From assembly GCA_963790305.1 (NCBI GenBank), contig CAWBOC010000010.1, positions 1 through 64,000 of the forward strand: a stretch of DNA of 64,000 bases, written 5' to 3'. Within the stretch, counting starts at the first letter, position 1. Each line of letters starts with the position of its first letter. Shown piece after piece: positions 49,201 to 60,129 of this stretch. Origin of the DNA: an uncultured Gemmatimonadaceae bacterium. Lineage in GTDB: Bacteria; Gemmatimonadota; Gemmatimonadetes; Gemmatimonadales; Gemmatimonadaceae. Position numbers and translations under genes: made by a program. The notes below the pieces were generated by a model. It made no database searches and was not told where the DNA came from. It saw only the letters and a program-made list of their open reading frames with translations.

Positions 49201-52200
49201 GGGTGATGCCGAGGTCGCGCAGCTCGACCTGCGTGCGGGTCCAGGAGAGGTCCAGGGCGCGCTGCGCCGCGTACGGTTCATCGTATCGATCCACCAGCTC
49301 GATGGCGCGCTCGCGACTGTCCGCCATCAGTGTGGTGAACGCCACACGCGCCGAGCCGCCGGCGGGAATCGTGACGCGCACGCGCAACGCGAAGATGGGA
49401 TCGAGCACGGCCCCGGTGGTGTTCGACAGAGGCCCCGGCGCCTCGAGCGCAGCGGGGACGCGTGGGGTGCGGCCTCGGCCCAGGAATCGCGCGCGATCGG
49501 TCTCGCAGCTGATCGCGGAGCGCAGGTGTGACTCGACGGCGAGGACGTGCGCTCCCCAGAGCGGCTTCTCCGTGGAGCCTCGCGGGCGCCGGCTCGCCAG
49601 GATCGCGGAGTGCTCGGGACGCCATTCCGTCTGCACGAACAGATTCGCGAACGCGGGATGCGCGCGGTCGCCCACGATCGATCCGATCACGACTTCGGAG
49701 TAGCTCGTGAGCTCCACCTGGCGTTCCTCGCCGGACCGATTGGTGACGATCACGCGACGCACTTCCGCGCCGTCGTCGGGCACGACCGCGATCTCGGTGG
49801 TCGTCTCGAGATCGCCATCCTGCCGGTGGAACACCACGCGATCGAGCGCGAACACCACGTTGTAACTGTCAGCCGGGGCGGCGAGTGGCTGGTGGCCCAC
49901 CGACCAGGTGAGGTCCGAGGCGAGATCGCGCACGTAACAGAATTGCCCGTAGTTATCGCGCGTCCCATCGTTGCGCCACCGCGTGACGGCGAGACCGTTG
50001 GCGCGCGAATAGCCGCACCCCGCCGCGGTGATCATGATCGCGTACGGCACGTTGCCGAGCAGCGCGATGCGCGGCTGCGGCGTGTCGGGAGAGGTGAACT
50101 CTCGCACGGCGGGCCGCTCGGATTCGCCCGGTGTTCGCACGCCCTCGACTTGCGGCTGCTGTGCCTCCTGCCAAACGAATCGACGTGGGATGCGCTCGAA
50201 GAGCAGCAGCTCGGCGGCGCGCACCATGGGGTCACGGTGGAAACGCTGCTGCCACCGGAGGTGTGTCAGCATGTTGGTCAACGACGCCAGGCCCATTCCC
50301 AAATGATGCGCCATGAAGGCATGGACGACGCCAAAGCGGCCACCTTCCGGGCGCGTCCAATCGAGTGCGTCACGGAAGCCGAAGCTGCCGAGCGCGCCGA
50401 GCTCCTCGAGCGCCGCCGCGTTGCGGAGGGCGGCATGGGGCTCCACATGCATCGCGAGCAGCGAGGCGTAGGGCGCGACGACGAGATCTTTCGCCAGACC
50501 TCGTTTGAGCGCGAGGTCGGGAACGCCGAAGGCGCGGTACTGGTACGTGCCGATCCGATCTCGCAGGTTGTACGCCGATTCGGAGATGCCCCAGGGTACG
50601 CCGCGCTCGTGTGCGTACGTCATGTGGCGGCGCACCGCGCCCTGGTACGTCTGATCGAGCAACGTGAAGGGATACGAGCGCATGACGAGCAGCGGCATGA
50701 GATACTCGAACATGCTCCCGCTCCAGGACACGAGCGCCGTCGCGCCAGACCGCCGCGTGAGGGTGCGCCCCAGCCGGAACCAATGTTCGACGGGCACGTC
50801 GTTCTTGGCAATGGCGATGAAGCTGGCGAGCCTGGCCTCCGATGCGAGGAGATCGTAGAACGAGTTGTCGAGACCGCCGCGCGATACGTCATACCCGATC
50901 GAGAACAGCTTCCGGCGGTTGTCGAAGAGAAACCGGAAGTCCATCTCCATCGCGTAGTCGTGGGCCCGGTTGGCCAGCACGCCGAGACGCCCGACTTGCT
51001 CGGAGAGGAACGCGGAGTCAGGCGCGACGGTTCGAATCGGCGCTCTCATCGATGATGGCTTCGCGTCGAGTGCCACGAGCTCCGCGCGGTGGCGCTCGGC
51101 GAGGGCGGTTGCCCAATCGAGCCATGCGACCGCTTTCGACAGCGTCTCACGCGATGCGCCCGCCCGGCGTAGCGCGTCCGCCGTTTCGCGAGTCTCCCTA
51201 ACGACGCGCTCCAGCAGCGGCAACGGAGCGTCCGCCGTCGCTTCCTTGGCGATCGTCGCGCGAAGGGCGCGTGCCCACCGAGTGGCATCGGTTACGGCGC
51301 GCCATGCGACCGGATCTCCAACGCGTCCGGCAGACAAGGGCTCCTTGGCGGCGTCTTCGGCAAGCATCAACGCAGCCTGCAGCGCTTCATGCACGCGCGT
51401 ATCGACGATCGGCTCGTCCGAGACGTGGAGACAGGCCTGCTTCAGCGCCAACATGCATCCGGCGAGATTGCCACTGTCGACGGTGGAGACGTAGGCAGGC
51501 TCGAGGACGCGAAGGTCGGTCAGCTCATACCAGTTGTAGAAGTGACCACGGAACCGACGCATACGCTCGAGCGAGCGGAACGTGCCTTCCAGGCCGTCGA
51601 TCATCTCGCTGCGCGTGATGAAGCCCAGGTCGTACGCACTGACGATCGAGAGCAGCTGCAAGCCCGATGTTCGTCGGCGACGTGCGTTTGGCGACGACGG
51701 GCTCCGGATCCTCCTGAAAATTGTCCGGCGCGAGCCAGTGCGTCGCCTCGGTGACGAACCGCTCGAAGAACCGCCAATGGAGGAGCGCGTATCGCATCGA
51801 CTGTGAGCGCTCCTCGGCGCTCAGACGCAGCTCGCGCCGTACGGCGGGAGCACTGGACGCATGCGCCACGTGCGGTGCGCCGATCCATCCCGCCACGAGC
51901 GGAACGGTACAGACGAGGAACAGCAGCCACGCGCCTGCGCTGCCGCCGGCGCGGGCGCCGGCGAACGACGGTACGTACGGCGGCATTCCGACGGCCGCGA
52001 TTGCCAGCACGAGCGCGCTGACCATCACCGCGATGGCAACTGCCGAGGCCATGCGCTTCCAGACTTCGAGGCTGGCGCGGGAGGTCGAGCGCTCGGTCTG
52101 TGACGCTGTCTGCCACTCGAGCAGGTTGCGGCGGGAGATGAGCAGTCGCCACAACGTGCGGGCGATCGCGTCGGCCGAGACGCCCGCCTGGTGCGGAAGG

Positions 52201-54935
52201 AATACGAGCGCGAGCCCCAGCTGATGCAGGCTCGTCACGGTGTCGCGTCCCACGGCCGCGTAATACGCGCGCCAGGATGTGCCGCGCGGGGGACGGACGA
52301 GCGCGAGGAGCGTCGAGAACACCCACGGAAACGCGATCGTCGTCAGGGCGATCATCGTCCACAGCCACGGCGAGCCGGGCAGGACCACCCAGCCAAGGAG
52401 CAGCAGCGCGAGCTGCGCGATCTCGACCGTAGAGCGCCGCAAATTGTCGAAGATCTTCCAGCGCTGAATGGCTCCAAGAACGTTGCCCGCGCGGCCGTCG
52501 GCGGTCGGCACGCGTTGGGAACAGCCAGGGCAAGAGCTGCCAATCCCCGCGAATCCAGCGATGCTTGCGACGCGTGTACGTGAGGTAGCGCGTCGGATAG
52601 TCGTCGAAGACCTCGACATCGGTCACGAGCGCGGCGCGCGCATATGCGCTCTCGATGAGGTCGTGGCTCAACAGGGCGTTCTCGGGAAACCGCCCGTGAG
52701 TCGCGCGGTCGAACGCGTCGACATCGTAGATGCCCTTGCCGGTGAAGCTCCCCTCGCCGAACAGGTCCTGGTAGACGTCCGACACCGCCGTCGTATACGG
52801 ATCGACGCCCGGATGGCCGGAGTGAATGGCCGCGAAGCGCGAGCGGTGCGCACTCGTGAGGCTCACGCCCACCCGTGGCTGCAGGATGGCGTACCCTTGC
52901 TCGACGACGCCCCGCGACTCGTCGAACACCGGGCGATTCAGCGGATGCGCGAGGGTCCCGATGAGAATCTGCGCCGCGTCGTGCGGCAGGACGGTGTCGG
53001 AGTCGAGCGTGAGGACGAAGCGCGCTTGCCGCAGCGGGTCGACATCGCCCACGATCGTGGCGAAGGCGTCCTGCGCACCCCCGCGCAGGAATGCGTTGAA
53101 CTCGCGCGAGCTTCCCACGCTTGCGCTCCCAGCCCATCCACACGCCGCTGGCTCTGATTCCACTTGCGAGGGCGATGAAAGAGATAGAACACATCGTCGG
53201 CGCCGCCGGCGTAGCGTGTGTTGAGCTCGCGCACACCCTCCACGGCGGCGGCGACGATCGCTTCGTCCCCGGGGAGCGTCTCGCTTGCCGCGTCGGTGAA
53301 ATCGGAGAGCAGCGCGAAGTGCAAGCGCGGGTCGCGGTTCGCGAGATACTGAATCTCGAGGTGCTCGAGCGCCTCGCGCGCGGCGTCGATCGATGGCAAC
53401 AGCGTGGGGACGACGACCGCCGTGCGGTACTCCGGTGGAACTCCCGTGCTCGCGCATGTCCAGCTTCGGCACAATGCGCGGCGCGACGATCCATGTAACG
53501 AGCTGATTGACGGCCCCCACCGCCATCTCACTGGCCGGAACCATCGCCACGAGCGACGACGGCCAGCATCGACTCCCGCGCTGGCCGGTGGGAGGACGGA
53601 AACGAGAAGCGCGAGACCAGCCAGCATCAACAGGAGAATCGAGCCGAAGTACACCGCCTTGGCGTGCGAGAGCACCCCGCGATACAGGCGCTCGCCGGCC
53701 GTCGGCACGTACGCGGTGCCATGCTCGAGCTCCCGCGCCCCATCACCGATGAGGTAATAGCCCACGTGCGTTCTGCGCTCGTCATCAGGCGCGCGGTCCG
53801 CGGCGTCGCGAGCGAGCGCGATCGCTGCGCGTGCGACGTCAGCCTCCGCCAGGCGAGTTCGCTTCGCGATGCGCTCAACGACGTGCCGATACCGGTCGCG
53901 CGTCTCGAACGTCATGAGGCTGTGGACGCCGGCCGGGTCCTCACGGAGGACCTGCTCGACGACGCTTTGCGATTCAACGAAGCCTTGCCAGTCGAGACGC
54001 GCGATGGCGCGCAGGCTCGTGATGCTGTTCGCGACGGTGATCTGCGTGATGGCGAGCCGCTGGTTCGAGCTCGCCGCCGCCGCTTCGTGGCTCATGCCGT
54101 CTTCGGCCATCCACTGCTCGAGCCAGAGCAGCGGGGTGAAGTCGGTCTGGTACGAGCGGATCTGCTGGAGGAAGCGCGTGACGAACGCCGGCGTCAGCGG
54201 CGGATGACTGTCCACGAACGCGGCCAGATCATCAGCGAGCGCCTGGGGCGTGCGCTCCGACGCATCGCGCAGCCGGCGCGCCCAGTCGTCGGCGAGCTCG
54301 ACTTCGCGCGTACGCGCCATGACGCGCAACGCCATCCGGCGAATGTTCTCGACCAGTCCGAGTCGGAACATCGTCGGAATGGCCCAAAGCTCTCCGACCG
54401 TAAGAACCGAGACGCGCTGAAACTCACGCGTGAAGAGATCGATCGTCGCGAGCTCGAGGTGCCCTTCGGTATGCGCGATGAGCTCGATGGCGAGCTCGTA
54501 TACGCGCGGATATCCCGCCAGCGGCCCGGAGGCGAGCTTCGGCAGCTCCCGATAGAACCCGCGCGGCATGCTCGCGCCGATCTCCCGGATGTGCTCGAGG
54601 ATCACGTACCAGTTGTCGAGCAGCCATTCGCCAGCGGGCGAGATGTCGACACTCCGGTCGCTCGCCAGTGCCAGCTCGTGGCGTGCTTCGTCGAGGATGC
54701 GCCGGGATTCGGCGAGACGAGAGAGGAGGGGTCCCGGCCCGAGCGTTAGGCGGCTCGGCCCCTCGACGAGCCGTTGGCCGCGCGCGATCGCGCGCGCGTG
54801 CTCGGCGAGCCGCTCGGCGCCGAAGAGCTCGCCGCGGATGGGTCCGACGAGTGGTGGCGCGCCGCCGTCGCCTCCGAGCGATCGGAGACGTGCGAGAATT
54901 CGCCGAGTCCGGGTCGGGGGAGAGGCGGTCGCCAT
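46244..54935 (-). CDS. ndvB: Cyclic beta-1,2-glucan synthase (Cgs/NdvB-like; glycosyltransferase, glycoamylase-like and GH94 regions); about six frameshifts in this sequence
   Basis: EWLLDN, MGWERKRGK, LDSDT, LSHDL.E, RWIRGDWQ, TSPTNIG, SWSGSMFEYLMP, QSSGAYGFRDQLQD, DWNDG, GVRENG.QYTH, GGWTWYTGSA; breaks near 53570, 53445, 53150, 53107, 52518 and 51662. Confidence 0.9.
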
Positions 54936-54976
54936 ATTCGTGCGCGCGGCTGCGTCGACGGCGCGTGGCCGTGACC

Positions 54977-55204
54977 TTACGGCTTCTCGGACTCCTGCAC
55001 TGCTTGCTCCGCGCCCTTGAATCCAATCCTGGAATGCGTCGCGTCGCAGAACGGCTTCTTCATTGAGCCACCGCAGCGACACAGCGAGACGCGTTTCCCG
55101 GGCGTGGTGGGGATGACGGTGCCCTCGTGGTCCACGAGGCGGAAGTCCCCGGTGACCTGATAGGGACCGTTTTCGACGACTCGGATGACGGTTGGTTCGA
55201 TCAT
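54977..55204 (-). CDS. CDGSH iron-sulfur domain protein
   Basis: NGPY...LCRCG.S.KKPFCDATH. Confidence 0.92.
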   Translation of the reverse strand: MIEPTVIRVVENGPYQVTGDFRLVDHEGTVIPTTPGKRVSLCRCGGSMKKPFCDATHSRIGFKGAEQAVQESEKP

Positions 55205-55255
55205 GGGGGCGCGGGGTGCAAGATGTTGGCCCGGTAGCGCGGTCGAGTGGCTCCC

Positions 55256-55705
55256 CTAGGCCCGCGCCTCGAGCGCGTGACGCTTGAGGCGCGCAACGAT
55301 TGCGTTCAGCCCCACCTCGCGCGCGCCAAGACCAATGTTCGACATCACGGTGCTCACGAAGTCCGGGGGCAAGGCGAGGGTCGTCTCCGGTGGGTGGTCG
55401 TTCACCGCAGTGAACACGATGGCGAGGAACGCGGCGACCGTCGGAGATTGCCGTGTATCGACGTCGGCGTAGAAGTGGAGCTTGCCGTCACGCATTTCCG
55501 GGATGATGTCGACCGGTGTTTGACATTCGTGGACGTGGAACGCCGCCCGGTCGACGGCCCGGAAGCGGTCAGGGAGCGGCTCGAGCTTCCGGGAATACGC
55601 GAGGAGCGTCTGCATCTTGTCCTCGCGGGAGAGATTGGCGAAGCGCTTGAGAGTCTTGCTGATGGGGTCGGGGGTGGCCGAGCCGGGCGAGGTGGAGTCG
55701 GGCAT
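55256..55705 (-). CDS. sufE: SufE family sulfur-acceptor protein
   Basis: L..Y.RKL..LP, VHECQTPV (conserved Cys), LG..R..GL.A. Confidence 0.82.
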   Translation of the reverse strand: MPDSTSPGSATPDPISKTLKRFANLSREDKMQTLLAYSRKLEPLPDRFRAVDRAAFHVHECQTPVDIIPEMRDGKLHFYADVDTRQSPTVAAFLAIVFTAVNDHPPETTLALPPDFVSTVMSNIGLGAREVGLNAIVARLKRHALEARA

Positions 55706-55733
55706 GCCGGATTGTAGCGGAATCGCATACGAC

Positions 55734-55762
55734 TTGCCTTCTGTTAACTAAATGATTAATTA
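55734..55762 (+). promoter_or_regulatory. Putative promoter with overlapping TetR operator
   Basis: TTGCCT-17-TAATTA; AT-rich imperfect palindrome TTAACTAAATGATTAA (55744-55759). Confidence 0.6.
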
Positions 55763-55768
55763 GTGCCC

Positions 55769-56407
55769 ATGACCTCGGTAGCCCCGGCCACCAGCCGTGA
55801 CGCGATCCTGGACGCCGCCATTCGCTGCTTCGCAGCACAGGGATTCGCCGCGACAACCATCAAGGACCTCGCGGCGGAGGCGGACGTGAACTCGGCGTTG
55901 CTGTACTACTACTTCACCGACAAGCAGACGCTCTATCGCGAAACGCTCCGCCACGTCGCGCAGCGACTCTCGGACTCGGCCGGCCGGCGTCTCGACGAGG
56001 ATCTTCCTCCCGACGAAGTCGTGCGGCGCTTCGTACAGCAGCAGGCGGAGTTCCTGATCGCGAATCCCCACGTTCCGCGGTTGATGCTCCGCGAGATGCT
56101 CGAGCACACTGGCCGCCACGCCGAAGAGGCGATCGTGTCGCTGATCGGCGGCGTCTTCACGACGCTATGCAACGTCATCCGTCGCGGGCAGGAGCAGGGC
56201 ATGTTTCGCCCCGATGTGAATCCCAAGTACGCGGCGATCTCGACGGTATCGCTCGTCGCGTATTTCGTGATTGCGCGACCCGTCGTCGGGGTCGCGCTCG
56301 GCGATGGCCTCACGGGCCCGACCGAAGAGCGCACGCGCGAGTACGGGCGCCATGCGGCCGAGTTCGCGTTGGCGGCGCTGGCCTCTCGCGGAAGGCGCGC
56401 CGTATGA
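55769..56407 (+). CDS. TetR/AcrR family transcriptional regulator
   Basis: ILDAA...FA..GF..TT..DLA..A.VN..LLYYYF..K..LY. Confidence 0.95.
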   Translation: MTSVAPATSRDAILDAAIRCFAAQGFAATTIKDLAAEADVNSALLYYYFTDKQTLYRETLRHVAQRLSDSAGRRLDEDLPPDEVVRRFVQQQAEFLIANPHVPRLMLREMLEHTGRHAEEAIVSLIGGVFTTLCNVIRRGQEQGMFRPDVNPKYAAISTVSLVAYFVIARPVVGVALGDGLTGPTEERTREYGRHAAEFALAALASRGRRAV

Positions 56408-57412
56408 AGGTTTCCCTTTTCTCGCCGGTGATCGGTCTCCTCGCGACGCTCTTCGGAGCGTGCTCACGCGATGACGCCGACGCCATCGAGGCCGTCGGCA
56501 CGGTCGAGATTCGCGAGCACGACGTCGCGCCAATGACGGCAGCGCGTGTCGTGCGCCTGCTGGTCGACGAAGGCGCGGCGGTCGAGGCGGGCGATACCGT
56601 CGCCATACTTTCGATGTCGACTTTGGCCGCCGACATTGAGCAGGCGCGGGCGCGCCTCGCGACCGCGCAGGCCGTGCTGCGCGAGGCGGAGGCTGGCCCC
56701 CGGTCTGCCGAGATCGAGCGGGCGGAAGCGGACCTTCGCGCCGCCGGAGCGGAAGCCGATCGCGCGGCCAAGGACCTGGTGCGCATTCAGGCGCTGACGG
56801 AAAGCGGCGCTCTCGCCGAGCAGCAGCTCGATGCGGCACGCACGGTTGCGACCACGACCGCCAATCGGCGCGACGCCCTGCGCGAGACGCTGGGACTTCT
56901 CCGCCAGGGAACGCGTCCGGAGCGAATCGCCGGCGCGCGGGCGGAGGTGGCGACCGCACAGGCGGTGCTCGCCGCCGCGCAGGCGACGCGCTCCGACCTG
57001 GTCCTGCTCGCGCCGGCGAACGGCATCGTGCTGGGCCGGCACGCGGAGGCGGGTGAAGTCGTCCCGCCGGGAACTCCGGTGATGACGGTCGGCGAGTCGT
57101 CGAAGCCGTGGGTGCGCGTCTACGTTTCCCCGGCCGACGCCGCGCGCCTAACGGTGGGCGGCGCCGCGGTGGCGTCTCTGGACGATCTCCCCGACCGGGA
57201 GTTCCCGGGCCGCATCGTATCCCTGGCGACGAAAGCCGAATTCACTCCGCGGGTCGCCCTGACGGAAGACGAGCGCGCCGACCTGCTGTTTGCGGTGCGA
57301 GTGGAGCTGGAGGATTCGAGCGGAACGCTGAAGCCGGGATTGCCGGTCATCGTGAGATTTCTCGCGAATGCGGAACGGCGGAATGCGAAACGCGACGGGT
57401 TCGCGTCCATGA
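56404..57412 (+). CDS. HlyD-family membrane fusion protein (reads through into the ATPase in this sequence)
   Basis: Lipobox-like FGAC; coiled coil; LAPANG.V, AEFTP, LKPGLP; the 3' end assumes the TGA of the ATGA overlap at 57409-57412. Confidence 0.85.
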
Positions 57413-57433
57413 GCGATTCTGTCGCGCATTCCG
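57364..57433. repeat. Degenerate family B palindrome at the HlyD/ATPase junction
   Basis: GCGAATGCGGAACGGCGGAATGCG...CGCGAC...GTCGCGCATTCCG. Confidence 0.6.
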
Positions 57434-58170
57434 ACGTCGCCGTATCCACCAGCCGCCTCAGAAAGACCTTCGGCTCCCTCGTCGCGGTCGAGTCGCTCGA
57501 TCTCCAGATCCAGCGCGGCGAGGTGTTCGGGCTGCTCGGGCCCAACGGCTCCGGTAAGACGACGACCATTCGCATGCTCACCGGTCTCATGCAACCGACA
57601 TCGGGAGAGGCGACGGTGGTCGGGTATGATGTGCGGCGGGAGTCGGAGGCGATTCGACGCAACATCGGCTACATGTCGCAGCGGTTCGGTCTCTACGACG
57701 ATCTCACGATCGCCGAGAACATTCGCTTTTACGCCGGCGTGTACGGCCTGATCGGGGCCGAGCGCGACGCTCGCATGGACGAGCTCATGAGGGAGCTCGG
57801 ACTCGCCGAGCGTGCGCATCAGCTCGCTGGAACACTCTCGGGAGGGTGGAAGCAGCGGCTCGCGCTGGCGTGCGCCACGGCGCACCGGCCCGCCATGCTG
57901 TTCCTCGACGAGCCGACGGCCGGCGTCGATCCAGCCGCCCGACGCCGCTTCTGGGAGACCATCTATCTCCTGGCGTCGAAAGGGACGACGATCCTCGTGA
58001 CAACGCACTACATGGACGAGGCGGAGCGGTGCCAACGCCTCGCGTTCCTCTCCCGTGGCCACCTGATCGGTGTGGGGACTGGGCAGCAAATCCTCGACCA
58101 GTTCAAGATGCCGTCCATCGAGGACGTGTTCATCGAGCTGCAGCGTCGCGACGAAGGAGCGGCCGCGTGA
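57409..58170 (+). CDS. ABC transporter ATP-binding protein
   Basis: GPNGSGKT, LSGG, FLDEPT, TTH. Confidence 0.93.
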   Translation: MSDSVAHSDVAVSTSRLRKTFGSLVAVESLDLQIQRGEVFGLLGPNGSGKTTTIRMLTGLMQPTSGEATVVGYDVRRESEAIRRNIGYMSQRFGLYDDLTIAENIRFYAGVYGLIGAERDARMDELMRELGLAERAHQLAGTLSGGWKQRLALACATAHRPAMLFLDEPTAGVDPAARRRFWETIYLLASKGTTILVTTHYMDEAERCQRLAFLSRGHLIGVGTGQQILDQFKMPSIEDVFIELQRRDEGAAA

Positions 58171-59300
58171 GCCTCGTCGACCGACTCCGCCGCGCGTCGT
58201 TCTGGCCGATGCTCCGCAAGGAGTTCATCGAGATGCGGCGCGACCGGTTCACGCTGGCGATGCTGATCGGCATCCCTGCGGTGCAGCTGGTCTTGTTCGG
58301 CTACGCCGTGCAGACGGACGTTCGGAACGTTCCGACGGTCGTGCTCGACGAATCCCGCACGTCACAGAGCCGCCGCCTCATCGACATGATGGCGAACACG
58401 CGCAATTTCCGGATCGTCGGGACGGCGGCCAATCGCGACCAGGTTCGCGAGGCCATCGAGCGCGGCAATGCAGCGGCCGCGATCATCATCCCGCCGGAGT
58501 TCGCGAGCGACCTCAAGCGGGGGAAAAGTGCCCAGGCACAGGTCATCGTCGACGCCGCGGACCCGCTGTCCTCCCAGGCGGCGATCGGCGCGGCAGCGCT
58601 CGCCGGTGCGCGGTCCGGTCCGGAGCTGACGTCGCGTCCGATACCAACGATCGCGGCGCCGGTGGAGATTCGTGTGCGCCCCTGGTACAACCCCGAGGGA
58701 CGGAACTCGCCCTACATCGTGCCTGGGATCATCGGCATCCTGCTGACGATGACGATGGTATCGATCACCGGAGCGGCGATCGTCCGCGAGCGCGAGCGCG
58801 GAACGCTGGAGCAGCTCGTCGTCACGCCGATCGGGAAGACGAGCCTCATGCTCGGCAAGACGATTCCGTTCGCCGTCGTGGGCTATCTCCAGGTGACGGT
58901 GATTCTGCTGCTCGGCAAGCTGCTGTTCGACGTGCCGATGCGGGGAAGTCTCGTCCTGCTCTACCTGCTCATCGCGCCGTTCATCATCGCGAGCCTTGGC
59001 ATGGGCCTCTTCATCTCGGCGGTGACGAAGACGCAGATCCAGGCGATGCAGCTGAGCTTCTTTTTCATTCTGCCGAACATCCTGCTTTCCGGCTTCATCT
59101 TTCCGCGTTCCGCAATGCCCGAGCCCGCGCAATGGGTCGGCGCCGCGCTCCCGTTGACCTACTTCCTGACCGTGATGCGCAGCGTTCTGCTCAAGGGCGT
59201 CGAGTTCGGCGACGTGTGGCGACAGGCGCTCGTGCTGACGGGATTCGCCGTGTTGCTCGTCGGGATGTCGGTGAGGAAGTTCTCAAAGACCGTGGAGTAA
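58167..59300 (+). CDS. ABC-2 type transporter permease (YbhR/YbhS-like)
   Basis: KEF..M.RD, WYNP, VPGI, VRERERGTLEQL.VTP, LLSGF.FP. Confidence 0.93.
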   Translation: MSLVDRLRRASFWPMLRKEFIEMRRDRFTLAMLIGIPAVQLVLFGYAVQTDVRNVPTVVLDESRTSQSRRLIDMMANTRNFRIVGTAANRDQVREAIERGNAAAAIIIPPEFASDLKRGKSAQAQVIVDAADPLSSQAAIGAAALAGARSGPELTSRPIPTIAAPVEIRVRPWYNPEGRNSPYIVPGIIGILLTMTMVSITGAAIVRERERGTLEQLVVTPIGKTSLMLGKTIPFAVVGYLQVTVILLLGKLLFDVPMRGSLVLLYLLIAPFIIASLGMGLFISAVTKTQIQAMQLSFFFILPNILLSGFIFPRSAMPEPAQWVGAALPLTYFLTVMRSVLLKGVEFGDVWRQALVLTGFAVLLVGMSVRKFSKTVE

Positions 59301-59331
59301 GCGCTGGCATCCACGTTCGTCGGAGCAGTAT

Positions 59332-59540
59332 GACTGGCATCCAGGTTCAAAGTTGGGACGCGGATCACGCGATTCAACGGAAACGGCCGGATCGTTCCTG
59401 GCGCATTCGTCCCTCATCTACCGCAACAAAAAAACAAGACCTTTGGGCGGCGCGAGGAGCGTTCTTGGCGACAGGAACGATCCGCCTGATCCGCGGCATC
59501 CGCGAAATCCGCGTCCCAACTTTGAACCTGGATGCCAGTC
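59332..59540. repeat. MITE-like element with perfect 34-bp terminal inverted repeats and internal 9-nt ATCCGC units
   Basis: GACTGGCATCCAGGTTCAAAGTTGGGACGCGGAT (59332-59365) and its exact reverse complement (59507-59540); inner IR GATCGTTCCTG/CAGGAACGATC. Confidence 0.88.
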
Positions 59541-59610
59541 GCGAGCCCCGTCCCGGCCCCCGGCAGGCTGACCAGATTTACTTGGGCGAAGATCTCAAAC
59601 CGGAGCACGA

Positions 59611-60036
59611 ATGCCAACGCGGAAATCCAGCGCCGCCTGGGAAGGCGGACTCAAGGGCGGGAAAGGCAGCTTCAAGGGCGAATCGGGCCTGAGCGGTGCC
59701 TACTCGTTCGGGTCGAGATTCGAGAATGCCCCGCAGTCCAACCCGGAGGAGCTCCTCGCGGCGGCGCTGGCCGCGTGCTACAGCATGGCGCTCAGCGGGG
59801 GGCTCGAGAAGAACGGCACCCCGCCGACGCGCATCGCCACCGATGTCGCATGCACCATCGACAAGGTCGGCGAGGGCTTCAAGATCACCAAAATGCATCT
59901 GACCGTCCGCGGCAAGGTGCCTAACGTCAATGCCGCGACGTTCGACAAGATCGCCCAGGCGACCAAGGATGGCTGCCCGGTGTCCCAGGTGTTCAAGGGG
60001 AACGTGCCGATGACGCTGGAGGCGCGGCTGGAGTAG
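59611..60036 (+). CDS. osmC: OsmC family peroxiredoxin
   Basis: W.G.LK.GKG, SRFE, NPEELL.AA.AAC.SMALS, CPVS. Confidence 0.93.
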   Translation: MPTRKSSAAWEGGLKGGKGSFKGESGLSGAYSFGSRFENAPQSNPEELLAAALAACYSMALSGGLEKNGTPPTRIATDVACTIDKVGEGFKITKMHLTVRGKVPNVNAATFDKIAQATKDGCPVSQVFKGNVPMTLEARLE

Positions 60037-60129
60037 AGGTGCTCGAGGTGCGTCGAGGTGCGTCTAGGAAATCGAGGCGACTGCCAGCACTTGATCACCT
60101 CGAGCACCTCGAGCATCCTCGAGCGACCT
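60036..60129. repeat. Family A palindrome (degenerate)
   Basis: Fills the interval from the osmC stop to the next ATG. Confidence 0.82.
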
